In this document: piece by piece, positions 49,101 to 58,522 of the stretch | Layout of the letters: each line of letters starts with the position of its first letter | How positions within the stretch are numbered: position 1 is the first letter of the stretch | Source: Candidatus Spongiisociaceae bacterium | GTDB lineage: Bacteria > Actinomycetota > Acidimicrobiia > Spongiisociales > Spongiisociaceae | Assembly: GCA_965202665.1 (NCBI GenBank) | Contig: OZ241841.1 | Coordinates: forward strand, 1,504,001 to 1,568,000 | DNA: 64,000 nucleotides | Direction of reading: 5' to 3' | Notes under the pieces: generated by a model | What the model saw: the letters and a program-made list of their open reading frames with translations, nothing else | Told to the model about the DNA's origin: nothing | The model's database searches: none | Program-made: the position numbers and the translations under genes

Positions 49101-50546
49101 GTGACGGTTTTCGCCCGTCGCCGGGAACGCCTGGCCGGGCTGGTCGGGGACGGGCTGGTCCTGCTGGCCTCCGCCGTCCCCGCCGTGCGCAACAACGATG
49201 TGGAGCACCCGTTTCGGCAGGACTCCGACTTCTACTACCTGACCGGCTTCGCCGAACCGGGGTCGGTGATGTTGCTGGACCCGTCCGCCCCGGCCGAGCA
49301 GTTCGCGCTGTTCGTGCGGCCCCGCGACCGGGAGCGGGAAATCTGGGACGGGCGCCGGGCGGGGACGGAAGGGGCCGAGGAGCGGTTCGGGGCCGACGTC
49401 GCCTACCCGGCCTCTGAACTGGATTCGGTGTTGCGGGAACGGATGGCGGGGCGGAGCGTCCTCTACCTGCCTTTCCGCGACGGCCGGTTGCGACGGCGGG
49501 CGATGAGGGCGATGGCCGCGCTGGGGGGGTTGCGGGAGCGGTTCGGAGAGCGGATACCCGCCGAGATACGGGATTTGTCCCCGGCGCTGGCCGAGCTCCG
49601 TTTGCGCAAAACGCCCGAAGAGGCGGAAGCTTTGCGGGAGGCCTGCCGGATAACCGCCGCCGGGCACTTGGAGGCGATGCGCTTCGCCCGGCCCGGGTTG
49701 TACGAGTACCAAGTGCAGGCGGCCATGGAATACGAGTTCCGGATGCGGGGGGCCCGCCGGGAAGGGTATCCGTCCATCGTCGCCTCCGGGGAGAACGCGG
49801 TCATTCTGCACTACACCGACAACGACCGGCTACTGGGGGAAGGGGACCTGGTGCTGATCGACGCCGGGGCCGAATACGAATATTTTTCCGCCGACATCAC
49901 CCGCACTTTCCCCGCCTCCGGCCGTTTCACCGCCCCGCAACGGGCGGTCTACGAGGCGGCGCTGGCCGCCCACTCGGCCGGATTGGAGTCGGCCCGGGCC
50001 GGGGGCTCCATGCGGGAAATCCATCAGGCGGCGGCGGGGGCGATCACCGAAGGATTGGTGGAGTTGGGGCTTCTGCCCGGCCCGGCGGAGCGCGCCCTGG
50101 CTTGTCATCACTACCGGGAGTTTTTCATGCACGGAACCGGCCACTGGCTGGGGATGGACGTGCACGACGCCGGAACCTACGGCTTGGAGGGAACGCCCCG
50201 CCGGTTGGAGGCCGGGATGGCTTTCACGGTGGAGCCGGGGATCTACGTGGACCCGGAACGGGAGGAGGTGGAGTTGCCGCTGGTGGAATACGACCCCGAC
50301 CTGCGGGCCCGCCGCCGCATAATGCTGGGGGCGGAGCGCGCCGAGCAGGCGGAGGCTGAGGAGCGGGAGGCGGGCGGGGCGGTCACGCACCCCGTCCCGG
50401 CGGAACTGAGGGGGATCGGGGTGCGAATAGAAGACGATGTGTTGATTACCGAAGACGGCCCCGAAATACTCACCGCCGCCGTTCCCGTTCATCCGGACGG
50501 GGTGGAGGAAGTTTGCGCCCAGGCCCCCGCCCTGCCCCGCCCGTGA
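49101..50546 (+). CDS. pepP: Xaa-Pro aminopeptidase
   Basis: FRQDSDFYYLTG, LHY, DAG..DITRTFP, HWLGMDVHD, TVEPG and RIEDD. Confidence 0.94.
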   Translation: MTVFARRRERLAGLVGDGLVLLASAVPAVRNNDVEHPFRQDSDFYYLTGFAEPGSVMLLDPSAPAEQFALFVRPRDREREIWDGRRAGTEGAEERFGADVAYPASELDSVLRERMAGRSVLYLPFRDGRLRRRAMRAMAALGGLRERFGERIPAEIRDLSPALAELRLRKTPEEAEALREACRITAAGHLEAMRFARPGLYEYQVQAAMEYEFRMRGARREGYPSIVASGENAVILHYTDNDRLLGEGDLVLIDAGAEYEYFSADITRTFPASGRFTAPQRAVYEAALAAHSAGLESARAGGSMREIHQAAAGAITEGLVELGLLPGPAERALACHHYREFFMHGTGHWLGMDVHDAGTYGLEGTPRRLEAGMAFTVEPGIYVDPEREEVELPLVEYDPDLRARRRIMLGAERAEQAEAEEREAGGAVTHPVPAELRGIGVRIEDDVLITEDGPEILTAAVPVHPDGVEEVCAQAPALPRP

Positions 50547-50558
50547 GCGGGGCGGCCA

Positions 50559-50585
50559 TTTTTGTCACAGGCTCCGGATAGAAAT
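50559..50585 (+). promoter_or_regulatory. PafBC/RecA-NDp-like promoter of the second methyltransferase
   Basis: TTTTTGTCAC-N10-TAGAAA, followed by an ATG 7 nt later (50592). Confidence 0.4.
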
Positions 50586-50591
50586 GTCGGT

Positions 50592-51575
50592 ATGGCGCAA
50601 GTCGTGCAAAAAACTGAAAAGCCCGTCTCCCGGCCCGTCGTCCAGCTAGGATGCGAAAGTATGAACGGAGATGGCCGTTCGGCTTCGCTGCTGTCGGGGC
50701 CGCTGACCGCCGTGGCGGAGGCGGGCGACGGGTATCGGTTTTACAACCGTTCCTGTCTGGAAATGCCGGAATGCGCCGATGATTCCATCGCTCTGACCGT
50801 CACCTCCCCGCCCTACTGGAATTCCATCGACTACGACATTCACACCCGCCGCGGGGCGGACGCCTGGCACCGCCAACGGGAATACGGGGCCTTCGGGCGG
50901 ACCTTCGAGGACTGGCTGGGCAACATCGAAGAGGCCTTCGGCGAGGTGCGGCGGGTTACGATGCCGGGCGGCTTCTGCGCGGTGGTGGTGGGGACCATCC
51001 TCCACAAAGGGGAGCACTACCCGGCTCCGATGATGGTCACCGCCCGGATGCTGCAGGCGGGGTGGGAGTTCCACCAAGACATCATCTGGAACAAAGTGAC
51101 CGGCGGGGTGAAACGGGCCGGGTGTTTCATCCAGCATCCCAAGCCCGGCTACTACTACCCGAACATCATGACCGAGTACGTGCTGGTGTTCCGCAAGCCG
51201 GGGGAGAAACGCCGGGGGACCAAGGCGGCCCTGGATATCGACGAGTTGTTCACCCGCGACATCGCCAACAACGTGTGGCACATAGCCCCGGTACCGCCCC
51301 GGACGATAGAACATCCCTGTCCCTACCCGGAAGAGCTGGTTCGCCGCCTGGTGGTCCTCTACTCGCAGGAGGGGGAAGAGGTTCTGGACCCGTTCCTGGG
51401 AAGCGGCCAAACCGCCGTAGCCGCCTTGCGGGAGGGCCGCCGTTGCGTAGGTTACGACATTGAGTCGGAATACCTGAACCTGTCCGAACGGAGAATAGCC
51501 GCCGCCCAAAACGGCGAAGACACCAGACGCAAATACAACCTACTACCCAAATGGGAAAAAATCACCGCGCTATGA
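50592..51575 (+). CDS. Site-specific DNA methyltransferase (N4-C/N6-A, beta class)
   Basis: TSPPYW, IIWNK, HPCPYP and VLDPFLGSG; start uncertain (50562, 50592 or 50661). Confidence 0.92.
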   Translation: MAQVVQKTEKPVSRPVVQLGCESMNGDGRSASLLSGPLTAVAEAGDGYRFYNRSCLEMPECADDSIALTVTSPPYWNSIDYDIHTRRGADAWHRQREYGAFGRTFEDWLGNIEEAFGEVRRVTMPGGFCAVVVGTILHKGEHYPAPMMVTARMLQAGWEFHQDIIWNKVTGGVKRAGCFIQHPKPGYYYPNIMTEYVLVFRKPGEKRRGTKAALDIDELFTRDIANNVWHIAPVPPRTIEHPCPYPEELVRRLVVLYSQEGEEVLDPFLGSGQTAVAALREGRRCVGYDIESEYLNLSERRIAAAQNGEDTRRKYNLLPKWEKITAL

Positions 51576-52204
51576 GGGATGGGCCCGTGCGTAAAAAATC
51601 ATACGCCCAGGAGCGGCGCGTGTTCGATCGTCTGCGGTCAGACTGTTCAGAAGGGGCCAAGAGTGAGTACGAGACCGCTGTCGCCAGATTGTTGAATCGC
51701 TACAATACGACTATACGTGAAAACCGTTTCATAGTAGGTGGGGCAGTGAAGTTTTTTACCTGCTCCTTACTACGATCGGTTGGGATAGATTGCTCTCTGT
51801 TTGAGGAGCAATCCCATCCAGGGGATATTCTGTTGCCCAATGATGGAAAGTTGTTGATCAAAAGTACTTTCACCGGCGGACCGGCTAATGTGAAACTGAT
51901 GAACAAGCTGGGGGGAGGTCATCAGATATGGGCCACGGCCACTTTGTTCGTTATTTCGGAAGTGGGGTTGGTGTACGGCTCACCAGATATGGTGGCTGAA
52001 GAACATATCAAAGATGTAAATGAAGGAACCAAACTAACAAAAGCAGGACTACAGTCTTTGATCAGTATGCCTGATAACCTGTTCAAAGTAAAAATTGCTA
52101 GGAAACCACCCACCGAGACCACTGGGTCCAATCAAAAAGATAGCACAGCGATAGCGCGGCAAATCTTGTCTGATATGCCAGCAAAACATTTGACTTGCGA
52201 CTAA
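51572..52204 (+). CDS. Putative type II restriction endonuclease (hypothetical)
   Basis: Overlaps the MTase stop (ATGA), lower GC, PD-(D/E)xK-like GDILL...IKS. Confidence 0.55.
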   Translation: MRDGPVRKKSYAQERRVFDRLRSDCSEGAKSEYETAVARLLNRYNTTIRENRFIVGGAVKFFTCSLLRSVGIDCSLFEEQSHPGDILLPNDGKLLIKSTFTGGPANVKLMNKLGGGHQIWATATLFVISEVGLVYGSPDMVAEEHIKDVNEGTKLTKAGLQSLISMPDNLFKVKIARKPPTETTGSNQKDSTAIARQILSDMPAKHLTCD

Positions 52205-52319
52205 TGATGGTTGAGCGTCGGGATGATTCCTCCACCCGGCTTTGCGGGGCGGGGATATACGATCTGGCGGAAGCCGCCCGGTTGGAGGGCGAGCTTCGGT
52301 CCCTGGAAGAACGCGCACA

Positions 52320-52780
52320 CCGATACCCTCGATGAGGCTTTGAAATGGTGCAACAACGAGGCAGGGAACGGCGAGATTATGTCCGCCGAGGGGGCGGCTA
52401 CTCGGCAGGAGGAGCGGTTCGCCTGGTGGCCGCCCGGAAACGGAGGTTAGAAATGACAGAAACGGCGACGATTGCGGGCATCACCGACGAACAGCTGGCA
52501 GCGCTGATAGCGGGACGGTGGGAAGACGACTACTCCGGCACGCCGGGCTGGGAACGCTGGGTGACAGATGACGACAACGGGGGGCGGCGGCTGGTGCATC
52601 AGTGGATGTTCCCGTCTTACTACCGCCCCGGCGAGTGGAATATGTCCTCCGGTGGAGAAGAAACGTGGATAGACACCCTCGATGAGGCTTTGAAATGGTG
52701 CGACAACCAGGCGGGGAACCGCGAGATTAAGCCACCCTCCTCGACAGCCACCAAACAGGAGGAGCGGTTCGCCCGGTGGG
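52320..52780 (+). repeat. About 110-bp imperfect direct repeats (52320-52430 and 52670-52780)
   Basis: Shared ACCCTCGATGAGGCTTTGAAATGGTGC and CAGGAGGAGCGGTTCGCC. Confidence 0.85.
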
Positions 52781-52788
52781 CGGCCTAA
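52453..52788 (+). CDS. Small Trp-rich hypothetical protein within the insertion
   Basis: GGAGG RBS, 111 aa; its C-terminus is duplicated in the upstream fragment. Confidence 0.55.
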   Translation: MTETATIAGITDEQLAALIAGRWEDDYSGTPGWERWVTDDDNGGRRLVHQWMFPSYYRPGEWNMSSGGEETWIDTLDEALKWCDNQAGNREIKPPSSTATKQEERFARWAA

Positions 52789-53325
52789 AAGCGGGACGGA
52801 GGCGTTGCATCGGGTGCGCGATGCCAAAATCCTGAATTTTCTGGATCTTATAAGCCTGTTGGTCATCTCGGAGTTGGTAAGGCGACGCGTACCGAAGCCT
52901 GAAATCATAAGGGGCGGCGAATACCTGTCCCGCCAGTTGGATACCAGATATCCTTTCGCCCACAAGGACATTGCCACCGCTGGCGCGTCCTTGTTCGGAA
53001 AATTCGGCGATTGGGTCGGCGGTAAGCTCGCTTTCCAAGATGCCATTCGGGAATATCTGAAACCGATCTCGTACGGGGGCGACGATTTGGCTTCTGCTTG
53101 GAGGCCCCGGCCTCGTATTCTGGTTAACCCGGCCATACAGGCGGGTGCTCCCTGTATTGAGGGGACCCGCGTACCCACCTTGTTGCTCGCGGAGTTGGCT
53201 GAGTCTCCGGAGGATTACCAGCAGATAGCCGGCGACTATCGCTTGACTGTTGAGGATGTGCAAGCCGCGGTTGAATACGAGCTCGCCGCATGAATCGGGA
53301 GAATCACCCTAAGAGGGTGGGTAAG

Positions 53326-54825
53326 TTATCCCTCCAGTAGAGGTGGGAGGCGGTGGTTCCAGGGGCGGGCGTTTTCCAGTTGGGAGGCTAGGCGAATAAG
53401 CAGCGACTCTTCTCCGTAGCGGGCGGTGAACTGCACTCCTATGGGCAGGCCGTCCGCCCAATGCAGGGGCACGCTCATCGACGGTTGGCCGGTGGCGTTC
53501 CACAGGGGAGTGTTGGGAATGACGTCCAAAGAACGGGCGGCGGCTTTTTTGACGGCCAGCCGAACCGCCGTCCGGCCCGGCATCCGCCCCAGCGTCTGCA
53601 AGGCCCGCAACTGCCGCTCCGACGGGTCCGCCGCTCCGCTCACCCAGGGCGGCCCGGCGATGGTTGACTCCGCGAAAATGTCGTATTCGTCAAAGAAAGG
53701 GGCCACCCCCCGGCCGATGTTCTTCACGTATTCAATGGCTTCCGCCAAAGAGGGGGCATCCAAACGCCGCCCGATTTGCCCCAGCGCCCAGTTGGCCGCC
53801 TCGAACATTTCCCCGGTCGGTTTTCGTCCCGCCTCCCGCCCGGCGGCGGTGATGTTGCGGGCCAGGTCGGCCGCTACCATCGTCGTCATCGCCCGTCGCA
53901 ACGGCCCCGCGTCTATCACCGGGCGGGCCTCCGACACCCGATGTCCCAACTCCTCCAGCAGCTGGGCCGTTTTCTCCACCGCCCGCGCGCATTCGCCGTC
54001 CATTTTGGAGGCCAGCATCGGTTCGGCGGAAAAGGCGATGCGCAACACCCCCGGCGGGCGCCCCGCCTCTTCCAGAAAAGGCCGTTCGGGCGGCGGCGGG
54101 AAATAGGGGGCCCCCGGATCGGGGCCGGAGGCGATGTCCAATAGGGCGGCGCTGTCGTGCACGGTGCGGGTCAAAGCATGATCGACGGACATTCCGAACC
54201 ACCCTTCCGCGGCGTGAGGCCCCTTCGGAGTGCGGGCCCGGGTGGGTTTCAGGCCGAACAGCCCGCACATTGAGGCCGGAATGCGAATGGATCCGCCCCC
54301 GTCGCTGCCGTGCGCGGCCGGAACGTAACGGGCGGCCGTCGCCGCCCCCGCCCCGCCGCTGGAACCGCCCGGTGAACGGTCCGTATCCCATGGGTTGCGG
54401 GTGGGGCCTTGTTGGGAGGAGCGGGTGTCGGGCGAAGACCCGAACTCCGGGGAGGCGCTTTGCCCGACGATCAGCAACCCGGCCGCTTTGTAGCGGGCCA
54501 CCAGGGCCGAATCCCCTTCGGCGATCACATCCCGGCGCATAGCCGACCCCAACGTATTGGGCATCCCGGCCACCGTCTGCCCCATATCTTTTATCAGAAA
54601 CGGAACCCCGGCTACCGGGGAGGCGGGCAGGGGGCGTTCCGCCTCCCGCAAAGCTTGTTCGTAGCGCCGGGTCCGCACCGCATTCAGATCCGGTTCGTAA
54701 CGTTCGATCTGGCCCATGGCGGCGGTGACCGCCTCCCGCGGATGGACTTGGCCGGAGGCGATCATTTCCCCCAGGCCCACCGCGTCCGTCTCCAGAATTT
54801 CCGGGAGGGTCCGTTGCTTTTCCAT
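53326..54825 (-). CDS. Amidase (amidase signature family)
   Basis: [30 protein letters not shown] and GLKPTR. Confidence 0.93.
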   Translation of the reverse strand: MEKQRTLPEILETDAVGLGEMIASGQVHPREAVTAAMGQIERYEPDLNAVRTRRYEQALREAERPLPASPVAGVPFLIKDMGQTVAGMPNTLGSAMRRDVIAEGDSALVARYKAAGLLIVGQSASPEFGSSPDTRSSQQGPTRNPWDTDRSPGGSSGGAGAATAARYVPAAHGSDGGGSIRIPASMCGLFGLKPTRARTPKGPHAAEGWFGMSVDHALTRTVHDSAALLDIASGPDPGAPYFPPPPERPFLEEAGRPPGVLRIAFSAEPMLASKMDGECARAVEKTAQLLEELGHRVSEARPVIDAGPLRRAMTTMVAADLARNITAAGREAGRKPTGEMFEAANWALGQIGRRLDAPSLAEAIEYVKNIGRGVAPFFDEYDIFAESTIAGPPWVSGAADPSERQLRALQTLGRMPGRTAVRLAVKKAAARSLDVIPNTPLWNATGQPSMSVPLHWADGLPIGVQFTARYGEESLLIRLASQLENARPWNHRLPPLLEG

Positions 54826-54854
54826 AAGATTATTTTAGAACCCGCCCGGCCCGG

Positions 54855-55463
54855 TTAGCCCAACCCGAGCTCGTCCAGCAAGGCACGCCCCTCCTCCGTA
54901 TTAGCATCGATGTCCTCCTGCTGGATTTCCAATGCGCCGATCGCATCGTCGGTAATCCGGAGCATCTCCCATCCCGCATCTATTTCCGGCCACTCTTGGG
55001 TGAACTGTTGCACCGTCGGCCGCCACCGGCGGAGGGTGTCCAACGTCCCGGCGGATATGCCTGCGCATCCTTCCATATGTTCGATCGCCGCCTCCGCGCC
55101 CCGCGTCCAAAACAGATCTTCCATCATCTCAGCAGTGCATAGATGTTCAAGCAGGGCTATATCCGCTTCCAGCGAGGTCTGTACCGAATCCCATTCCGCG
55201 AACAGAGCAACGAGATCCATCAGGTGACCCCCGCCTGCGGTCGTGGTGGTCGTAGGGGTGGTCGTAGTAGTTGTTGTTGTGGTGGGGGCGGTGGTCGTAG
55301 CGATGGTAGTGGTGGTGGTCGTTGGGGTGGCGGTAGCGGCGGTGCGTACCACAGGGGCGGGCGGGGCGGGAGGTTCTTCTTCGCCGGACGCCACCCATCC
55401 AATAATGGCCACCGTTCCCGCTATCGCCGCCGCTCCCCAAATCAGCCGATTAATGATTTTCAT
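54855..55463 (-). CDS. Secreted/membrane-anchored hypothetical protein with poly-Thr linker
   Basis: N-terminal TM/signal segment, PPAPP plus poly-T linker, acidic helical C-domain. Confidence 0.7.
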   Translation of the reverse strand: MKIINRLIWGAAAIAGTVAIIGWVASGEEEPPAPPAPVVRTAATATPTTTTTTIATTTAPTTTTTTTTTPTTTTTAGGGHLMDLVALFAEWDSVQTSLEADIALLEHLCTAEMMEDLFWTRGAEAAIEHMEGCAGISAGTLDTLRRWRPTVQQFTQEWPEIDAGWEMLRITDDAIGALEIQQEDIDANTEEGRALLDELGLG

Positions 55464-55603
55464 CCGTCTGACAATCTTCCCCGTCGTGGGCTTCCCGCCC
55501 GTCCGCCCGCGCCCTGTTCGGCCAGTCGCCGTTACTTTCGGAAAGCCCGAATCGTTCCCGGCGGGCCGGTTTGGAACCTTCCCGGTAATGGTACGATGAG
55601 GAT

Positions 55604-57382
55604 GTGCAACATCAGGCCCTTTATCGCAAATACCGTCCGCAACGATTCGACCAGGTGGTCGGCCAGGAGCACGTTACGCAAACCCTGTTGCGGGAAATCA
55701 CCGAAGGCCGGGTGGCCCACGCCTATCTGTTCGCCGGGCCGCGGGGCACCGGGAAAACCACCACCGCCCGCCTGTTGGCCAAAGCCCTCAACTGCCCGGA
55801 CCGTTCCCCGGCCGGCGAGCCGTGCGACGACTGCGACTCCTGCCGGGCGGTGACGGACTCCGTCTCCTTGGACGTAATCGAGCTGGACGCCGCCTCCCAC
55901 AACAAAGTGGAGGACATCAGAGAGCTGCGTTCCGGGGTGTCCACCGTGGCCTCGGTGGGCGGGGCGAAACGGGTGTTCATCCTGGACGAGGCGCACATGC
56001 TCACCAAAGCGGCGAGCAACGCCCTGTTGAAGACTTTGGAAGAACCCCCGGAGGGGGTGCATTTCGTGCTGGCCACCACCGAGCCGTACCGCCTGCTGGA
56101 CACCATCCGCTCCCGCAGCCAGCGGTTCGACTTCCACCTGGTTTCCATCGACCGGCTGGTCAAGCACTTGCAGGAGGTGTCCGACGCCGAAGGCTACCAG
56201 GCCGCCCCGGAGGGCCTGGCGGCGGTCGCCCGGCGGGCGGACGGTTCCGTACGGGACGCCTTGAGCCTGTTGGAGCAGGCGGCGGCCGCGGACGGAACCG
56301 TCACCGAAGAGGGGCTGTCGCGGGCTTTGGGCGCGGCCGGGCGGGAATCCTTCCCCGCCCTGGCGGAGGCGATGACCAACCAGGATGCGGGGGCGGTCCT
56401 GCGTTTGGTGTACGAGTTGGCCGGGCAGGGGGTAAACATGCGCCGGTTTGCGGCCGACGCCATAGAATTTTTTCGAGGAGTGTTCCTGGTCCAGTACGCC
56501 CCGGAGGCGGCCGGCGAGGCCGGGCATTTCCCGGAAGCGGCGGACGACTGGAAACAGGTGGCGGACGTTCTGCCCCCGGCGGCCGTGCGCCGGGCCATAG
56601 AACAGTTGGGGGAAGTGTTGGCGGCTTTGCGGGAAGGACGGGAGGAGCGGATAACGATGGAGTTGGCCCTGCTGAAACTCACCCGTCCCGAATTAGACGA
56701 TGATACGGCGGCTTTGCTGACCCGGATTGAGCGGTTGGAGCGGGGCCAACCCGCCTCCGTCCCCTCCGCCCCCGCCCGAACCGAACGGCCCCCGCCCACC
56801 GCCTCCCCTGCTAAAAAGGGGGCCGTCCCCGTCGCCGAGACGGCGGAGGCCGCCCCGCCGCCCGCCGTTCCCGCCCCGCAACCGAAAGCCCCGGCGGGCG
56901 AAGTGTCCTTGGAGGCTTTGGAGGGCGTTTGGCCGCAGTTGGTGGCTTCCGTCCGTGAGCAGAGCGTCCGCAAAGAGGCCCTCTTCCGGGATACCGTGGC
57001 CAGCCGGGTGGATGACGGCACCATTTTCCTGACCGCCCCCTCCGCTTTTTTTCTGAAAAGCCTGCAAGCAGACGAAGCGTTGCAAACTTTTCTGGCGGAG
57101 CGGGCCACCGCCCTGTTGGGGGCTGAAGCCCGGTTCGCTTTTGAGATAAACGAAGGGGATGCGCCCCCGCCGGCCGATTCTCCGCCCGTCCCGCCCCGCT
57201 CGTCGGATCCCGCTCCCGACCCGCCGTCCCCGCCCGACGCTCCCCCGACGCAGTCATCGGACCCGGTTTCCGACACGCCCGATACCCCGCCCGTCCCGCC
57301 GGAACCCGACTCCCCCTCGTCCAAGCCTCTTACCTTTGATCAGGTGACCGAAGAGTTCAGGGCCAAAGTAATAGAGCCTTGA
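55604..57382 (+). CDS. dnaX: DNA polymerase III subunit gamma/tau
   Basis: LYRKYRP, GPRGTGKTT, Zn-finger Cys, ELDAAS, DEAH and LLKTLEEPP; TGGTACGAT extended -10 lies 5 nt upstream. Confidence 0.96.
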   Translation: MQHQALYRKYRPQRFDQVVGQEHVTQTLLREITEGRVAHAYLFAGPRGTGKTTTARLLAKALNCPDRSPAGEPCDDCDSCRAVTDSVSLDVIELDAASHNKVEDIRELRSGVSTVASVGGAKRVFILDEAHMLTKAASNALLKTLEEPPEGVHFVLATTEPYRLLDTIRSRSQRFDFHLVSIDRLVKHLQEVSDAEGYQAAPEGLAAVARRADGSVRDALSLLEQAAAADGTVTEEGLSRALGAAGRESFPALAEAMTNQDAGAVLRLVYELAGQGVNMRRFAADAIEFFRGVFLVQYAPEAAGEAGHFPEAADDWKQVADVLPPAAVRRAIEQLGEVLAALREGREERITMELALLKLTRPELDDDTAALLTRIERLERGQPASVPSAPARTERPPPTASPAKKGAVPVAETAEAAPPPAVPAPQPKAPAGEVSLEALEGVWPQLVASVREQSVRKEALFRDTVASRVDDGTIFLTAPSAFFLKSLQADEALQTFLAERATALLGAEARFAFEINEGDAPPPADSPPVPPRSSDPAPDPPSPPDAPPTQSSDPVSDTPDTPPVPPEPDSPSSKPLTFDQVTEEFRAKVIEP

Positions 57383-57582
57383 CTCAATGCCCCTGCCGGG
57401 CAACGGAGGACGAACCCCTGCGACGTTACATCCCCTTCGCCGGGCTGGTAATGCTCTACAATACGAACCGGAAAGCCCTCCGGTGGAGAACGACCGATGA
57501 CTACGACCCCTACAGGAACAAAGGATTTCTGCGAAATGAAATTTATTAAGTTTTTTCCGGCCCCCGCCGGACGGGGTAGATG

Positions 57583-57834
57583 ATGTCGCGGTCGGGCGGC
57601 GGGCGGAGTAGCAACCGATACGGAGGGCGGGGGACCTACGCCTCCGTCCGCGGGTCGCATAACCATCCGCTCGCCGGGATGGACGGCGGGGATACCCGGT
57701 CGGAGCGGACGATCCGTCGCCGCGCGGAAGCTATCCGCCGTCGAAACAAAGGCCGTCGCCGGGGGACTACCGGGGACGAACCGCCCGAGACTCCCCCGTT
57801 ACCGGAGGACGAACCGCCGCCGCCGGGCGGGTAG
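57583..57834 (+). CDS. Small basic/Pro-rich hypothetical protein
   Basis: Short ORF filling the dnaX-recR gap; low complexity. Confidence 0.35.
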   Translation: MSRSGGGRSSNRYGGRGTYASVRGSHNHPLAGMDGGDTRSERTIRRRAEAIRRRNKGRRRGTTGDEPPETPPLPEDEPPPPGG

Positions 57835-57857
57835 AACGGGACGACCGCCCGCCGGGG

Positions 57858-58451
57858 TCAGAGTCGCCGGCGTCCGGTTAGGGCCCGGCCCAGGGTGATC
57901 TCGTCGGCGTAGTCCATATCCCCGCCCACCGGCAGGCCGCTGGCCGGGCGGGTGACCGTCACCCCCAGCGGCTTCAACTCCTTGGCCAAATACATGGCGG
58001 TGGTGTCGCCTTCGATGGTGGGATTGGTGGCCACGATCAACTCGGTAATGGACTCTTCCGCTATCCGCAGGCGCAACTCCCGAATTCGCAACCGGTCGGG
58101 CCCCACCCCGTCGATCGGGGAAAGGCTTCCGCCCAACACGTGGTAGCGGCCGTCGAACTCCCGGGTGCGTTCCACCACCGCGATGTCCTGCGGACGTTCC
58201 ACCACGCACACCACCGACCGGTCCCGGCGCTGGTCCAGGCAGATGGAGCATTCCCGTCCGGAGGTCACGTTGAAGCAACGGGCGCAGAACGCGGTCTGTT
58301 CGCGCAGTTCCACGATGGCCTGCGCCAGCCGACGGGCGTCGGTTTCCTCCACGTTCAACAAGTGAAAAGCCAATCGTTGGGCGGACTTGCGCCCGATCCC
58401 GGGCAACCGGGAAAGTTCATCGATCAGTCGCTGGACGGGCCGTTCAAACAT
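57858..58451 (-). CDS. recR: Recombination protein RecR
   Basis: [15 protein letters not shown]4 zinc finger, YHVLGG and Toprim ATNPTIEGD. Confidence 0.96.
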   Translation of the reverse strand: MFERPVQRLIDELSRLPGIGRKSAQRLAFHLLNVEETDARRLAQAIVELREQTAFCARCFNVTSGRECSICLDQRRDRSVVCVVERPQDIAVVERTREFDGRYHVLGGSLSPIDGVGPDRLRIRELRLRIAEESITELIVATNPTIEGDTTAMYLAKELKPLGVTVTRPASGLPVGGDMDYADEITLGRALTGRRRL

Positions 58452-58458
58452 CCCTCGA

Positions 58459-58480
58459 AGGGTAGCCGCCCCCTGCGACA
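58459..58480 (-). promoter_or_regulatory. PafBC/RecA-NDp-like promoter of recR (probably leaderless)
   Basis: TGTCGC-N10-TACCCT, 7 nt before the ATG. Confidence 0.6.
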
Positions 58481-58522
58481 TTCCCCGGCCTATCGCCCTC
58501 CGGCGCGGCTGGGAGAAAGCCG

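Larger units (their letters stand above)
52204..53293 (+). pseudogene. DUF433-family (HTH) antitoxin gene split by an insertion
   Basis: N-terminus MVERRDD...GAGIYDLAEAARL at 52204-52284; C-terminus LNFLDLISL...NPAIQAGAPCIEGTRVPT...EDVQAAVEYE at about 52780-53293. Confidence 0.7.

Noticed and set aside
55464-55603. SRP RNA (ffs), often found upstream of dnaX
   Set aside because: The conserved SRP domain IV motif (CAGG..GGAA..AGCAG) is absent.
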